The notes under the pieces were generated by a model. It searched no databases and had not been told where the DNA came from. It saw only the letters and a program-made list of their open reading frames with translations. DNA of 58,849 bases, counting the filler, from Ionaspis alba (lineage: Eukaryota): the NCBI GenBank assembly GCA_964255285.1. It is 3 parts of 3 records of this genome, joined end to end, with 100 filler letters (N's around TTAATTAATTAA, not from the genome) between each part and the next. Parts side by side here need not be neighbours in the genome. Positions count along the whole stretch, not along the records: positions 1 to 19,564 come from CAXUUL010000264.1; positions 19,665 to 39,213 come from CAXUUL010000265.1; 1 more part is not named here. One strand, given 5' to 3'. A program made the position numbers and the translations under genes. This document shows positions 11,729 to 24,088 of this stretch, piece by piece; the stretch's first letter is position 1; each line of letters begins with the position of its first letter.

Positions 11729-13160
11729 ATGAGCCAGCCCCAGGACCAGGAGCAGGATGTATCATCCGCTCAATCTATCGTCGCCACAATGTTTGGTCTT
11801 CAGAACGGCGTTGCTGCCAACGGCAAGCATCATAAGCGGAAGCATACAATTCCATTTGCTGCCACCACTCGACAGAAAGCCCGAAGGTCCATCACACGCA
11901 ATGAATTAAAGATAATTTCGTTGTACTAACGTATGCCACAGATGGCCGCTCGCATTACGCTTCATCAAAGGGGCTATCCACTCCCAGATCCTTGTCCCGG
12001 TGCTACTCCATGGGCTCTTCGCAGGCCTGATCGTTTTCATTGAGATACAACTTCATGGACACCTCGGACTGCCTCCTAGCATTGTGCGTCAAAACCCCTA
12101 CACAAGACTCCTATCCTCTGGAACACATCGCTGATAGAAACACTTGATAGATCCCCAGCCTGTCGATCGTCGTCGGTCTCATGCTCGTACTGATTCCTCC
12201 ACTCCATACCCCAACCATATCCTGACAAGTCCCCTAGGTCTTCCGTAACCAAACCTCTTACAACCGCTTCTGGGACGGGCGAAACCATCTGGCCGGCATG
12301 ATAACCTGCGTCCGCAACCTCACCCGCATGATCCTGGCCTGCAGCTTCAACCTCGCCAACGAAGACAACCGTGGCCGAGCCGCGGATCGCGTCGAAACCG
12401 AGCGTGTCGTCAAAATCCTCATCGCCATTCTCTTCGCTACCAAGAACCATCTCCGTGCTGAATGGGGTGCCTTCCCAGGCGTCGCCAGCCAACCTCTGCC
12501 CGGCACTACGATGCGAAATTCGGAGTATGCGGATTTGCTGCCAGAGGGTATTGTGGGGTTTGATCACAAGGGCTTGGGAATACCGTTGCAGTTGACGTAC
12601 TATGTGGAGCAGTATATCAAGAGAGGGCACCAAAAGGGCTGGTTCCATGCGCCGCAAGCGAGTCAGATGACCGTACAGGTGAATACACTTGTGGCTGCTT
12701 ACGGGAAGATGGAGACGATAAGGTTGACGAGCATTCCGGTTGCGCATCTGTCAGTTCCCCATTCTCGTGGCGGTTTGTTGAGAGTGTGGGTTGTATGCGC
12801 TGACTTCAAGGCAGAATCCATCAAAAGCAAGTCCTCGCCCTTTTCGGTATGGTGCTCCCTTTCGCCATGGTGGAAGAGAATGGATGGTGGGCTGTCCCTA
12901 TCACGATCCTCGTTGTTTTTACGCTCTACGGCATAGATGGTATTGGCACTCAGCTTGAGGATCCGTTCGGCTGCGATAGGAATGATATTAAGATGGATGC
13001 CATTGCCGAGGACATTCGGGAGGAGATTCTAGTACTCCTCGACGAGTGGAAGAGAGTGGGAAGGAAGGGAGACACATCCGAGTGGTTTGTCAAGAACAGC
13101 GAAGCTGAAGGCAGGCTGATCGATGTGCCTTCTGTCACGATTGTCAGTACGGATGACTAG
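11729..13160 (+). CDS. Bestrophin-like (UPF0187/YneE-type) anion channel, about 5 exons
   Basis: Spliced product contains WPLALRFIKGAIH, IPSLSIVVGLMLVFRNQTSYNRFWDGR, KMETIRLTSIPVAHLIHQKQ and GIDGIGTQLEDPFGCDRNDIKMD. Introns about 11887-11941, 12084-12150, 12187-12237 and 12750-12814. Start codon less certain. Confidence 0.9.
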
Positions 13161-13300
13161 ATCTTGGACGGAATGGCTGAAGGGACTGAGGCTGCAAGAG
13201 CGGTTGGCATATGATTTCTTGGATTGTTTGGGCAATTTTCTTTTGATACCACTTCCAGCGGTTGCTTTGGTTAGTTTAGACTACTCATTTACAGAGCTGA

Positions 13301-13907
13301 CTATGACCCGATATTCAAACTCTCTACCCTCCGCTTCAAATCCTCAGAATACTTCCTGAAATCTTCCGTTACAGACCCGTGCAGCGGCCACCCTGGCTTG
13401 AAAAGGAAAGCCGTAAATCCCATGTGGTTCTCGCCATGGACTAGTGTCGTGCCTCCTGGCGTGCTCTCACTCGGTTGGAAGAGCCAATAGTGTTCTCCTG
13501 AGAAGAGACCCCAATAGACCATACCGTACCAGCGAAATTCTTGCGGTGTATTCTTCTAGAAGCGAATAAGTACGACTGGAATAGTGAAGCACGAGTAGAA
13601 GGGGCTAATTGAGAACAAACGGTCGGGATAACGGGAAACCACGCACCAATACTGTTGGAGTGAACTGGACCGTGTTCAGCACGACGTCAAGCTTGTCACC
13701 TTCCTCGATTGAGGACTTCGAGGTGGAGACTGGGGTTATAGAGGGGATGACGGAGGTGTGGTACTGGGAAATACTGGCAAAATCGAGAAACTGGTGACGG
13801 TATGTATTAGCAATCATTAGTGCACAGTTGGACTAGAAATTAGGATCACGCACCACTGCACGTACTTCTGCTGGTGAAGCAGCGATTTCTGTCTCTACTC
13901 GAATCAT
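13301..13907 (-). CDS. SRPBCC/polyketide-cyclase (START-like) family small protein, 3 exons
   Basis: MIRVETEIAASPAEVRAV / FLDFASISQYH...FTPTVL / KNTPQEFRWYG...FSGEHYWLFQPS...GGTTLVHGE...FRKYSEDLKRRVESL, joined by short GT-AG introns. Confidence 0.85.
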
Positions 13908-14605
13908 GATGCCGACGATTTTGCGCTCGAATAGGAGATGGCAAAATGGTAGATCTGGCAAAGGATGATCTTTAGAATTAGAATTTTTGATCAGAGTATT
14001 CAAGATATACAGCGCTCTGCTACATAAAATAAAGTCTCGAGTGTAGGATGACAAAGTAGCTACGGTGGATAGATCATATCTCGAAACTTGCCCCTGATAC
14101 AACGAAGGATCAGGAAGTTAGTTACCTGCTTGTCTAGCCCTGAAATAGAGCCCGAATTGGGAAGTGCTCAGCACCCCAAAACTAGGGGAGGGATCTATTT
14201 TGTGTCGTTACGTGGCCTGAGCTCAATTTGTTTCTCATTGAGGACAATCCAACGCCATTGGGATTGTACCGGCTGGCAAGTATAAGACGGCTCTGTAATC
14301 GTAGGCTAGGCGGTAGTAGGGATACGATTGATTTGAGGGCAGAATGGTTTGTCCAAACAAGCCTTTGCCGCCTTTGCCTCAGTGTAGTGGTAAGATTGTA
14401 CCCTATTTGAAAGTAGCTCAATTCAAAGACTATTGCTAAACGCTTCCATTATCTTGGCTCCCCAAGGGTTGAGACAGCCCAAAGAACCTCCAGTGTTGTG
14501 TATCACTAACGCCAATTCCAGAATGGGTCCATGATAATGTCCTGTAACTAACATATCTGCCTTCTTTGAACGAAGATATTTACAGGTGACATGCCACCTC
14601 TTGCT

Positions 14606-16056
14606 TCAAACCAAGCTCGTATCCTCTGCAGCTGGCTTGCGTAAAGGAGCCGAGTAGTTTCTCGATCGATCAGGAGTGCTACTGCCAGATTCTCTCGCGC
14701 GCTATCCACCATGAATTAGCAGGTATTGACTTGGGTAAATGGCATCGCCGTCGAAGACATACCGAGTACTCAACCCGCCAGTCTCGTTTGACGTACACGT
14801 GGTGGTCGTGTTCCTCTCCCTCGAGAGGCTCAAACACCGTGTGCATCATCGTCGTGTCCCCAGCTGTACGATTGTTCCTCCTAATGTAGGTCCGTATGCC
14901 TGTCATGGTTGCTTTGGGAATGGTTGGAAGCTCATCGCTCCCTTCGGACATCTCACTTTGCTTTTTTGATCGAAAGCGCCTTACTCGATCTATCATGGAG
15001 TATGAAGAAGGTTTTTGCCGCCTTCTCTCTGATTCGCGAGTGCTATGCTTGACAAAAGCCGTGCGGAAACTGGTGATAGAAGCCATGAGGATGGCGACGC
15101 AGCCTTCCATATACATCCAGAAAATTTCCCATCGTAGATTTAGGCCATAGACACCATGGTTGTAGGGGACACGAACGAGTGCTATGACCACCATGACGAG
15201 CGAGAGGGAGAAGAGCACACCCAATGCCAGTTTTTGTTGTATCCTTATCTTGGTCCGCCACAGAACTATCATGGGAATGCTAACGACTGCAGGTATGATC
15301 AGTTCAACGCCAACAACGTAGTCAATGAGGGAAATTACTCATGAAATCGGTCAAAATGTCCAAACCAGTAATTGTTCCAGTCATAGCCACACTGACCGAA
15401 TATCCCGAAGGATCGAGACATTTAACTGGAGTCCATTCAGTCTTGAATTTCCGAGACACGAAGAGGTACCTTACCAGCATCACGGCCAACATGCGGGCAT
15501 ACTACGAAAGGGGAGGGCACCACAAACAGCCAAGCAACAATCGTGATGCCCACGACCACTTTGAAATAGAGTTGGATCTTCAGCACGCGCTTTATGAGTT
15601 GCTTGTAGAAAGCCAGGAAAGAGAACTTGACGAAGAAGATTGTTGTCCAGACGAGGGAGACAAAGGCGTCAATGTATGGAACCGAGAAGATCAGGCCATT
15701 GAGCTTGTCCGGAGATAATTGAGACAAGATGCTCGGATCTCGTTGCGTGGCATCGCCGAGAAAGAAGTCGTCGGTAGCAACGTAGACAATAGCAGTTGCA
15801 CCAATGAGGCATACCACCCCAAAAAGGACTAAATAGTCATCCAGATAGAGACGTCGGCGTGTATGTATTCGAATCGAAGCTCGAGCGATGACCGAGATCA
15901 CTGACAAGCCAAAGAAGGCCCCTATGACCCCCTAGTGATAATCAGCACATCCTATTATCTCTGTGTACTGGAGAGGTTATTTACTTTGAACTCAGTCCTG
16001 CGGAAAGCACCAGAGTTGAAGATCTCTTCTTCGAGCTCCTGCACGCTTCTTGCCAT
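14606..16056 (-). CDS. PTH11-like integral membrane protein (fungal rhodopsin-like GPCR domain, no CFEM seen), about 5 exons
   Basis: ARASIRIHTRRRLYLDDYLV, WTTIFFVKFSFLAFY, LDILTDFMIVSIPMIVLW...QKLALGVLFSLS and WMYMEGCVAILMASI, with several hydrophobic helices. First and last exons predicted from splice signals. Confidence 0.85.
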
Positions 16057-17566
16057 GCTCCGTTTTATTAATCTCGACGACCACAAAGATTCATCATACT
16101 GCTAAAATCGAAAACACCTCCGTATTAAGATACTTTGCACAGCGATGGACAAAAAGGAAATCAAAGACATCTTCCCTCCCATGGGTGTTATCTACCTCTT
16201 CCTGCAGCCAGCTCCAAAGCAGTAAGCAGAAGAAATGTTGCATCCTGAAGGAAGCTGTGCGACCACCCCAGATCCTTACATGACCATAGCCTCGAAGATG
16301 ACTGCATCAGTAGCGCCTCGGGATGTCAAGCATAACTCTTTTGTTCGAGTACAAAAGCCATTTCTGCGCGATAAGATGACACACAAGGGCATGGTTCTGT
16401 AGAGAAGAAACAATATCGTGTTGCGCATAACAACCAACACATCTGACCCTTGTCCCAGAACCATGACGACCTTGTCAGACTCGTGTCATATGCAGCTAGT
16501 GAGGATGTGGACCCACAGAAATTGCTTGTGTCGAAGGCCAACTGTGCTGCAGTTGGTTGCATTACGGTATCCCCATGGAATTCTACGCTCGAATGGAGGA
16601 TAACAGACCGCTAGGTGCGCAGAGGCATGGCATACACGTGTGTTTGGTTCCACAAAACCTGCTGAACCGCATCACGTTTTTCCATGGATGAGAATCCAAC
16701 TAGATCCAGGCCTTGGCGATTAGCCTTGGGATGGGCCGGTCCGCAGTGTTGCGTGATGAGACTTCCGTTCGAGGGTCGGAGATAACTACACTATTACGCC
16801 TTTGTAGGTCTACCATCGATCAATCCTGTCTGTTGAACCCCAACTCGACCCGGACTTGACCCGTAAAGTACCAGACTTTTCAAACCGGACAACTCCCTCA
16901 TCGCTGCCAGCCACGAGAGCTGGTGAGCTGGCTGACATGATCGCCCATGGGTTTTTCACTTGTAAAAGCCCATCAGGAAGCCATCCGCTCGGTCCCGCAG
17001 CTAAAAAGAGGAAAAAGAAAGCTTAACCACACATTGCAACCATGCTGGCTCCCTTCAACGCCCTTGCAGTGAGTCTCGTGGAGTTCCTTACGCCCACAAT
17101 CACCTCAAACTCAATGGGGAAGGTGTCATTGTGGCTTAGAAGGATGAGCTTGACCTCATGCTTGCTCGTAATAATGATTACTGAATGGGACCTAGGCTTG
17201 CTCACATTGGATGTGGATAGGGAAAATGGCGAGCTTCTACACCATGGGCGAAATAATCATGAATTAGACGAGTTCTAGGAATTTGCTCTGGATCGTCCGA
17301 TTTAGACAACTACATAGCGGTATCATTGCAGCTGTCGTGACAGGTCCGTATGAGCTCTATAATGGGTATATGCCATTGATCTGTTCGTCAATCCAAGGCA
17401 CAAGCAGACAGTAACTTGCCGCCGGAATGACCGAGCGATTGCAGTTGGGTATCTTCGCTGTCGATTCATATCATCTCCCCTTGAAACCAAGATGCCCTGT
17501 CCACAAAAAGTCTTCTGAGGTCATGAAGTCGTTCCGTCGTAAATCGTGAATGCAACGAAGCCACCA

Positions 17567-19538
17567 TCAACCTCTGTACTTCGGTGGCTACATCCATTGA
17601 TCAGCATCCCTCTACCTGTAACGACTTGGACTGAAGCATACCTTGAAGCTTCTAGCCAGTTCCAAATTACTTTTGAAGTCATGATATAAATCCTTGATCT
17701 CACCCTTCATCTCCATCTCATCCACTACTTTGTTAGCATATTCACTGCGCCTCTTCATGCTCCAACGCTCTCGTTCAACGATCTTCTCTGCGGTGGTGTA
17801 GCCTTCGTTCTTGAGCCAGTCGAGAACCCAGTCGTTAAGATGCCAGCGCCAGTGGAGAAGGGAGTGCGCTGTTGTGGCGTTTGCTTTGCAGAATCTAGAA
17901 GTTGTTATTGGGTTGATCTGTAGGTTATTTAAGGGAGGAGAAGGGACTTCACGTACCTGCCGATGAAGTAGGGCTTGTCAACGCTAGGAAGAGGATGGCC
18001 GTTCCTGTCGAGGCTCTTCCTGTCGTCACTAGCATCATCGTTGTCGTCGTCTTCATCATCAGACAGATTCTCCAAAGTGTCCAGATTGTACGCCTTGCCG
18101 GAAAACGTAATTCGGAACTTGGCCGGATGACCCGACCGATTGCACGCATCACATTTGTGATCGAACATCGTAGGCACGGCCACCTCTAGAAGGTGGGGTC
18201 TCGCTTTGATAGCTCTAGCGAAATCACCCGTCCACGCTGACGATAAGAACTTGGAGCCAGAGTAGCCCTTGACTTCGTCGTCGAGCTTATAGAATGCGAT
18301 GCGGTAGACTGGGTCGTCTCTGGGGAATGCTGGATTGAGCTTCTTGTGTACCATCCATTCCACGACATCTTTGAAATGCTCTTTGGCCCTCTTGTGGGCA
18401 TGTCTGGTAAATTCTAACGGCATTTCTTCATACCCAGCAGGAGGTTCTCCCAAGAGTCCGTCCTCCTCATCGTCCACGAAGTCCGCTTCATATTCGTCTT
18501 CGTCATTTAACAGGGATTGACGCACAGCCTCGTTGGATTCTTCCACCTCAGAGTTTTCACTGAGGATGTCGGCTTCGCTTTCAAACCCGTTTCCAATATA
18601 ATTCCGTTTTGGAGCCAAAGGTGCTTCAGAATCAGACGAGAGCTCAACGGTTTTCTTGCCTTCGCGTTTAGCCTTCAACTTCTCCAGCTGCTTTCTGGCC
18701 TCCACCTGCTTCGAGTTCACGACTTTACCGCGAGTGCGTTCCTTTCGAACTTCTGTGCTTTGAAGAGCTTCAAGATCTTCTTCGAGATCGTCGTCGTCTT
18801 CGACGCTTCGATGATTCTTTGGAGACCCTAGAGACTTGGCAGGGCGCACGAGACGTTTCTTCTTCGCACTAGATACCACAATCTCATCTGAGTCTTCAGT
18901 GTCATGATCATTTGTTGGTGGGTCGCTACTCTGGCTTTTATTTCTAAGTCTTCTAGGCGATGGAAGGACAATATCGCTGTCATCATCGGAATTGACATTT
19001 TTGACCGGGGCTTGAGGAGACTTAGTGATGATAGAATCTTCTTCCTTGATGTACTCCAGCTCGGAATCATCAGAAGCGAGCTCAAACTCATCTTCGGGCC
19101 TCACTGATTGCCTCGTGACTCGAGACGACGCTGGGGGGCGAACGACTGGGATAGTGGCGTACGTAGAACTGCGCAGCCTTCGAGGGGAATTTCGTCGTCG
19201 AGTAGCCTTCGTAGGTGTAACTAATTTTCGCCCATGTGAGCGTTGTATTGGTGCATTACCTGTGCTACCTCCGAGAAGAAATTGACGAGCATAGGAGTGA
19301 GGAGAGACTGGCTGCCTACTTTCGCGACTGCGAGTTGCACTGCCTCTGCGGCTATTCGATATCTTCCCACCGATCTGAGGCTTCGAGAGCTCTATGACAT
19401 CTTCGAATTCGTCGTCACTGCTGATCGAAACCACTCTATTTGTCCTTACTCGTTGGCGCAGATTAGGATGTGGTATATCGTCCTCATCCTCATTTTCAAC
19501 TTCATGGAGGCTTGATAGGGACTCTTCGGAACCATGAT
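17567..19538 (-). CDS. DUF4211/CCDC82-like conserved protein, 5'-truncated at the scaffold end
   Basis: Long acidic/basic disordered region, then KEHFKDVVEWMVHKKLNPAF, SSAWTGDFARAIKARP, CDACNRSGHPA, and after an intron RFCKANATTAHSLLHWRWHLNDWV. The frame extends up to a branch point and acceptor (TACTGAC...AAG) at 19539. Family name is from recall of motifs. Confidence 0.85.
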
Positions 19539-19564
19539 CTTTTAGTAGTCAGTAGCGGTCTAAA

Positions 19565-19664
19565 NNNNNNNNNNNNNNNNNNNNNNNNNNNNNNNNNNNN
19601 NNNNNNNNTTAATTAATTAANNNNNNNNNNNNNNNNNNNNNNNNNNNNNNNNNNNNNNNNNNNN
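19565..19664. other. Artificial contig-joining linker N44-TTAATTAATTAA-N44
   Basis: 12-mer with stops in all six frames centred in a 100-nt spacer; genes are broken on both sides. Confidence 0.97.
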
Positions 19665-19904
19665 CCGTTTGGTGTCGGAGGCACTGGCGCGGGGAAGAGA
19701 AGTCCGTTTGGTGTCGGAGGCACTAGCGGAGGGGCGAGGGAGAGAAGTCCGTTTGGTGTCGGAGACACTGGCGGAGGGGCGAGGGAGAGAAGTCCGTTTG
19801 GTGTCGGAGACACTGGCGGAGGGGCGAGGGAGAGAAGTCCGTTTGGTGTCGGAGGCACTGGCGGAGGGGAGCGGGAGAGAAGTCCGTTTGGTGTCGGAGG
19901 CACT
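19665..19904 (-). repeat. 45-bp minisatellite, at least 5.5 copies (one 39-bp variant)
   Basis: Plus-strand unit CCGTTTGGTGTCGGAG(A/G)CACT(G/A)GCGGAGGGGCGAGGGAGAGAAGT starts at 19665, 19704, 19749, 19794, 19839 and 19884. Confidence 0.97.
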
Positions 19905-20174
19905 ATGGGGTTTGCATTGCCGGTCGGTTCCGGATGCAAGAGACTTGGTGACGACAGGTCTCGATGGTGCAGCTAGTCGTAGAGGTAGCTGCTGTTTGGC
20001 CGCGGGTGGTGTGACTTTACGAGTCACGGGAGCACTCACGGGAGCTGGCGAGGTGGCCTTGGCTGGGATTGTCGATTGAAGCCATGGCCGATCTCGGTTG
20101 GCCCTTGCTGCAGCTCGGGAAGCAAGGCTGGAGAGGGAGGAGGAGGGAGAAACAGTGGCCACTGGGCGAGACAT
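19665..20174 (-). CDS. Hypothetical basic Ser/Pro/Thr-rich protein with 15-aa repeats, 3'-truncated
   Basis: ACA-ATG start at 20174 below a CT-rich leader; the frame stays open into the repeat array up to the scaffold end. The 6-bp deletion in one unit preserves frame. Confidence 0.6.
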
Positions 20175-21152
20175 TGTTCTTTCCGTGAAGAAAGGATGAA
20201 TCTAGTGGTGTGATCACTGTGAAGAGGAGAGAGAAGAGAGAGAAGTGTTTGTTCTTGGCAATAAAAACTCTATCTAAGCATCAAGTTGATTGATCATAAG
20301 GACGTGAGCGATGCTAAGTGAGATTGAGGCAGAAGAAAGAGGGACATGGGGAGAGCTTCCTTAAGTACCCCCCAGAAACCGTTGCACGCACTAGACAGTG
20401 CGATTCGTAAACAATATCATCCATGGTTGAGACTTGACTAGCAATAGAGAGATAAACACGCGAAGAGTATTGAGAGTGCATGTGCAGCAATAACGCAGTC
20501 TGAATTGAAATCAAGTGCATGGTCGAATTATCCACAATAACCTTTGGGGAGCGGGGCTTGTACCATAACTTTAGACTTGGCCAAGGAACTGCTTCTCATT
20601 TGGGGAATAACAGTAGTAGCGAGTCCGTTGCAAGTGCAGTCGGCTTCAAGTGCAGTCGGAATTCGAGGGTAGTTGAATTCAAAATGCAGGCGAGCTCGAG
20701 TACAATCGGGTTCAAGTATAGTCAGGCCTATACGCAGGGCGGCTCACAGTAGCACTCTAGACGCGACGTAAGTACACGGATCAAATCAAGCATGAGCATC
20801 AATCACTGCCAAGAGGCCAAGAAACGAGTAAGAACAACAACAACAAAAAATTCGCTTGGTTCAATACAAGCAGGAGCTATGGTTCATATTTTTTTAGCTT
20901 TCGGGACTCGATAATTAAGCACCCAAAGATTCCGGGAAGTATGACCATTTTCGTAAAAGAGACAAGCACCTTCCAAGCTCATGAAAACCACGGACAGACT
21001 CAGAACGTTAGTCGACGTCTGCGTCAAGAGAATGTGGGGACAACATGGGAATAACGTGGGGATTTTGTTAGTATTAGTGGCAATTAAGGAGAAACCTCAG
21101 TGTCAACGGAGTTTGGAACCGACTGTCAGAGGTTCATATTTAGGATTTCATA

Positions 21153-22159
21153 TCAGATTTTAGCCCCTGCGGCCAATTCGGCCCGCGATAGCTGGCTACC
21201 GGGTTTCCGCACTGCTGTGAGCCTTCCCGAATCAAGCAACTTACGAATCATGTCTTCCTCCCCCATCTGTGAGTTGTGATCAAAATCTGGCTCCTCCGCA
21301 AAGGCCAACTTCGCAACGTCCACGAGTATTCTGGCAGTCATTCCAAAAACACGGTAAGTTTCATCTAAGGACGTACCCTTGCTATCGGTCTTGGGTATGT
21401 AAAAATTGTGCATCCGCCATCTGGTCTTGTTCCATGTTCCCCACGAGCCTTTGTACCACTCTGCCTCGTTTTCTTTCTGAGTGTTACCTTCTTCATGATC
21501 ACGCAAGAATCCATGCAGAGGAGTCGTGAATATGTCCGACACTTCTTTGGCATCCAGCTTCGGTATAAGCCTGGCTTCCGTATTGGCTGCCGAATCAGCT
21601 GTAGCGCCATCGTTGTGCAGGAATGCCACACATGGCCGAACACCCAATTCTGTCAGGGCAAGATTCGTAGGAAGCTCACACAGATGCTCTATCCGAAATG
21701 GCGGAGGGAGCTTGCGATCGTCGCTCGGAAGGCCAATCTCTTCCCAAGCTTCCCGGCGGGCTGTCTGAAAGGGTGTTTCTTCAAAGCTATCGGCCTTGCC
21801 TGTCTAATCTCAGCATGGTGCTATAGAGGAGATGTGAACTTACATACCACCAGGAAGAGCTACCTGGCCGGCGTCTGTTATTTCGTCAGTCCCAGGCTTT
21901 TCCACCGACAAGATGTTGCAAGAATACAAGAGCTCAGGCTACTGGCACGAACTGTAAGGACGACACGAAGTTCACCATGCCGATCTGCGAACAAGAGGAT
22001 CAAGACCGCGGCCCTACGGGAAAGAGGCAACGACGAATATATCGTCGGCGGGGGCGTGTAGCTTCTGAGGCGCGCCAATGCGAGCTGTTAGAATTAGTGT
22101 TGATCATCAAATAGATTCATCAGCTCTCAAACCCTTGAGATTGGTGAAAGATTCGCCAT
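21153..22159 (-). CDS. PCD1: Peroxisomal CoA diphosphatase (Nudix, PCD1/NUDT7-like), 4 exons
   Basis: RRAAVLILLF...VVLTVRASSLSSYAGQVALPGGKADSFEETPFQTARREAWEEIGLP (CoA motif plus Nudix box), EVSDIF, VFGMTARIL; C-terminus AKI is PTS1-like. Confidence 0.9.
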
Positions 22160-22846
22160 GAAGTCAGTGCACGAAATCCAATCCTATTCCAAAATATTCA
22201 CGGAAGAGAATTCATGTATTCAAGGAGCATCTCTAGAGTCACATCTTCATGTTGGCCTCGCATAGCGCAGGATTTCCACTGAGAGTCAAGTCTTACCTGT
22301 TGTGCGTAGTAGTAGAGCTTTGATGGATGTAGACTATCCAACCAGACCTCTGAACAAGGGAGGTTATGCTAACCACTTCCGGGTTGACCTCTTCGCCTAG
22401 CCGTGAAACACAACCCGAATCAGTGCACCTCTGGGACCTACCTGCAAGATGATTCTTGCTCGTCCGTGTAAGTGCTTCGGATGCGACACCTTCGTCAAGA
22501 GTAGTCGTGAACTTGCGCGATATGTGTTGTGCGGTTGATATCCTCGATGCGATCTACTGATGTTTTCTGTTCAATATATCTAGCATGACAATGAAGCCGC
22601 ATCGAGTTGTGGCTGACTTCCTAAAGAGAGCCACTCTTTGTCCGAATAGATGTCAACATCTCTATCCCCAGATGATTCTAACTTTTCTTCTGTCGTTTCC
22701 CTTCCCCCACTGTCGTTATTGTCTCCAGATATGTTGTTGGTCATGCAATAAACGCGTCTACATGGAATGTTTTTGTAGATGCCTACCTTCCAGTATAGCC
22801 ACTCATCCGCTATTCTTTCGCTGTTATTTCGAGACAAAATTTCATC

Positions 22847-23904
22847 ATGGCTCCACCTTCAAATTCTACAAGGCCGCCTTTGCGGTTCGAGCATTCATCG
22901 TTCGCCGCTCTCGGTGGACTGGAGCGGGTAATCCCGCCTTCATCGCCTCCGTTCTTGTATCATGAGACGTGCTCGGAAAGTGAACTATACAAACCTCTAC
23001 CACCTGTACCATCGCGAAGGCCGTCGAGCGTGTACAGTAACGAAGACATAATAGAATATTACATGGACAGAAGCCCAGAACACGATCGCCGAACCTCCAA
23101 CACCTTTTCGTTCTCGTCTTCGAGCAATTTCCAGTCTCGGCGTGGGCGGGAATCGCTACCACGACCGCGAGCACACAGAGAAGACTCCAACTACACTGTC
23201 GCCAGCTCAATTGCCAAGCTTCGACAGTTGCAGGACTCTTCACGCAATTCCTCCAGAAGCCGTTCCGAGAGAGATGTCTATCTGCAACCACCTTCCTTAC
23301 GAGCAACCAGAAGCTTGATCAGCCTCTCACCTCGATCTCACAGCCCAACCAGCAACGCCAACGAGCTAGCCGATCGTTACGAAGCGGTTCTTCCGCCCAC
23401 TCCGCAAGATTTCCTCTCAGTCCCCAGTAGCAATGGACCTGGTTTTCCCTTCCCTCCAACCTCCGCAACTATAACTCAGATTGTAGATCATTCGCTCCTG
23501 CCTCCGCCTCTCCACTCCCCTAGCAGACATTCGTCCCCGCGCCACAGCCCCACTAACCTATCGCCAGCCTCTTCGCGACCACCTTCGCCTCCACTTCAGA
23601 AAAGGCACTCCCTATCGACGTACGCCCGTCGCGCTCTTCACCGCCTCTCGGTCTCTCGGGAAGAAATGGAGCACGAGCGCATTATGTCCCTCGCGTTGGC
23701 CAAATACCCCTACATGGGCTCATCCACCAACGCTCAGTCCACAGCTCAGACCCCCGAACGTCGTCGCAGCAGTCTGCAAGACCGACTCTCTAAAGTCTAC
23801 TCCACGATTTCCCACCTCTCGCTTACTCCTTCATCGCAAAAGCGTGCGCAAAGCCGGCCTCCGATGACGATCGCTCTGCCCCTTACTCCTCGGACTCCCC
23901 TTAC
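22847..23904 (+). CDS. Hypothetical Ser/Pro/Arg-rich protein, interrupted by an N gap
   Basis: ATC-ATG start and more than 350 open codons (LYKPLPPVPSRRPSSVYS). The true 3' end lies in or beyond the gap at 23905-24004. Confidence 0.75.
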
Positions 23905-24088
23905 NNNNNNNNNNNNNNNNNNNNNNNNNNNNNNNNNNNNNNNNNNNNNNNNNNNNNNNNNNNNNNNNNNNNNNNNNNNNNNNNNNNNNNNNNNNNNNNN
24001 NNNNAAGGAACTTTGGGGAGATCAAGAGATCTCAGTCGTGCAATATGCATTATTCATCTATTGTCTATTCTATCATGCCCACATCATA

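Noticed and set aside
13289..13303. Readthrough of the SRPBCC stop would give X-S-A-L
   Set aside because: SAL is a weak PTS1 and TAG-TCA is not a known readthrough context.
5374..16056. Secondary-metabolite cluster (SPT, acyl-CoA synthetase, SRPBCC, receptor)
   Set aside because: LCB2 and the synthetase look like ordinary housekeeping orthologues; no PKS, NRPS, terpene synthase, tailoring oxidase or cluster regulator.
19609..19620. TTAATTAATTAA as a biological palindrome or transposon target site
   Set aside because: Centred in symmetric N runs and repeated identically at 39258-39269; synthetic linker.
19665..19904. CRISPR-like array
   Set aside because: Units are contiguous near-identical repeats with no unique spacers, in a fungal coding frame, with no cas genes.
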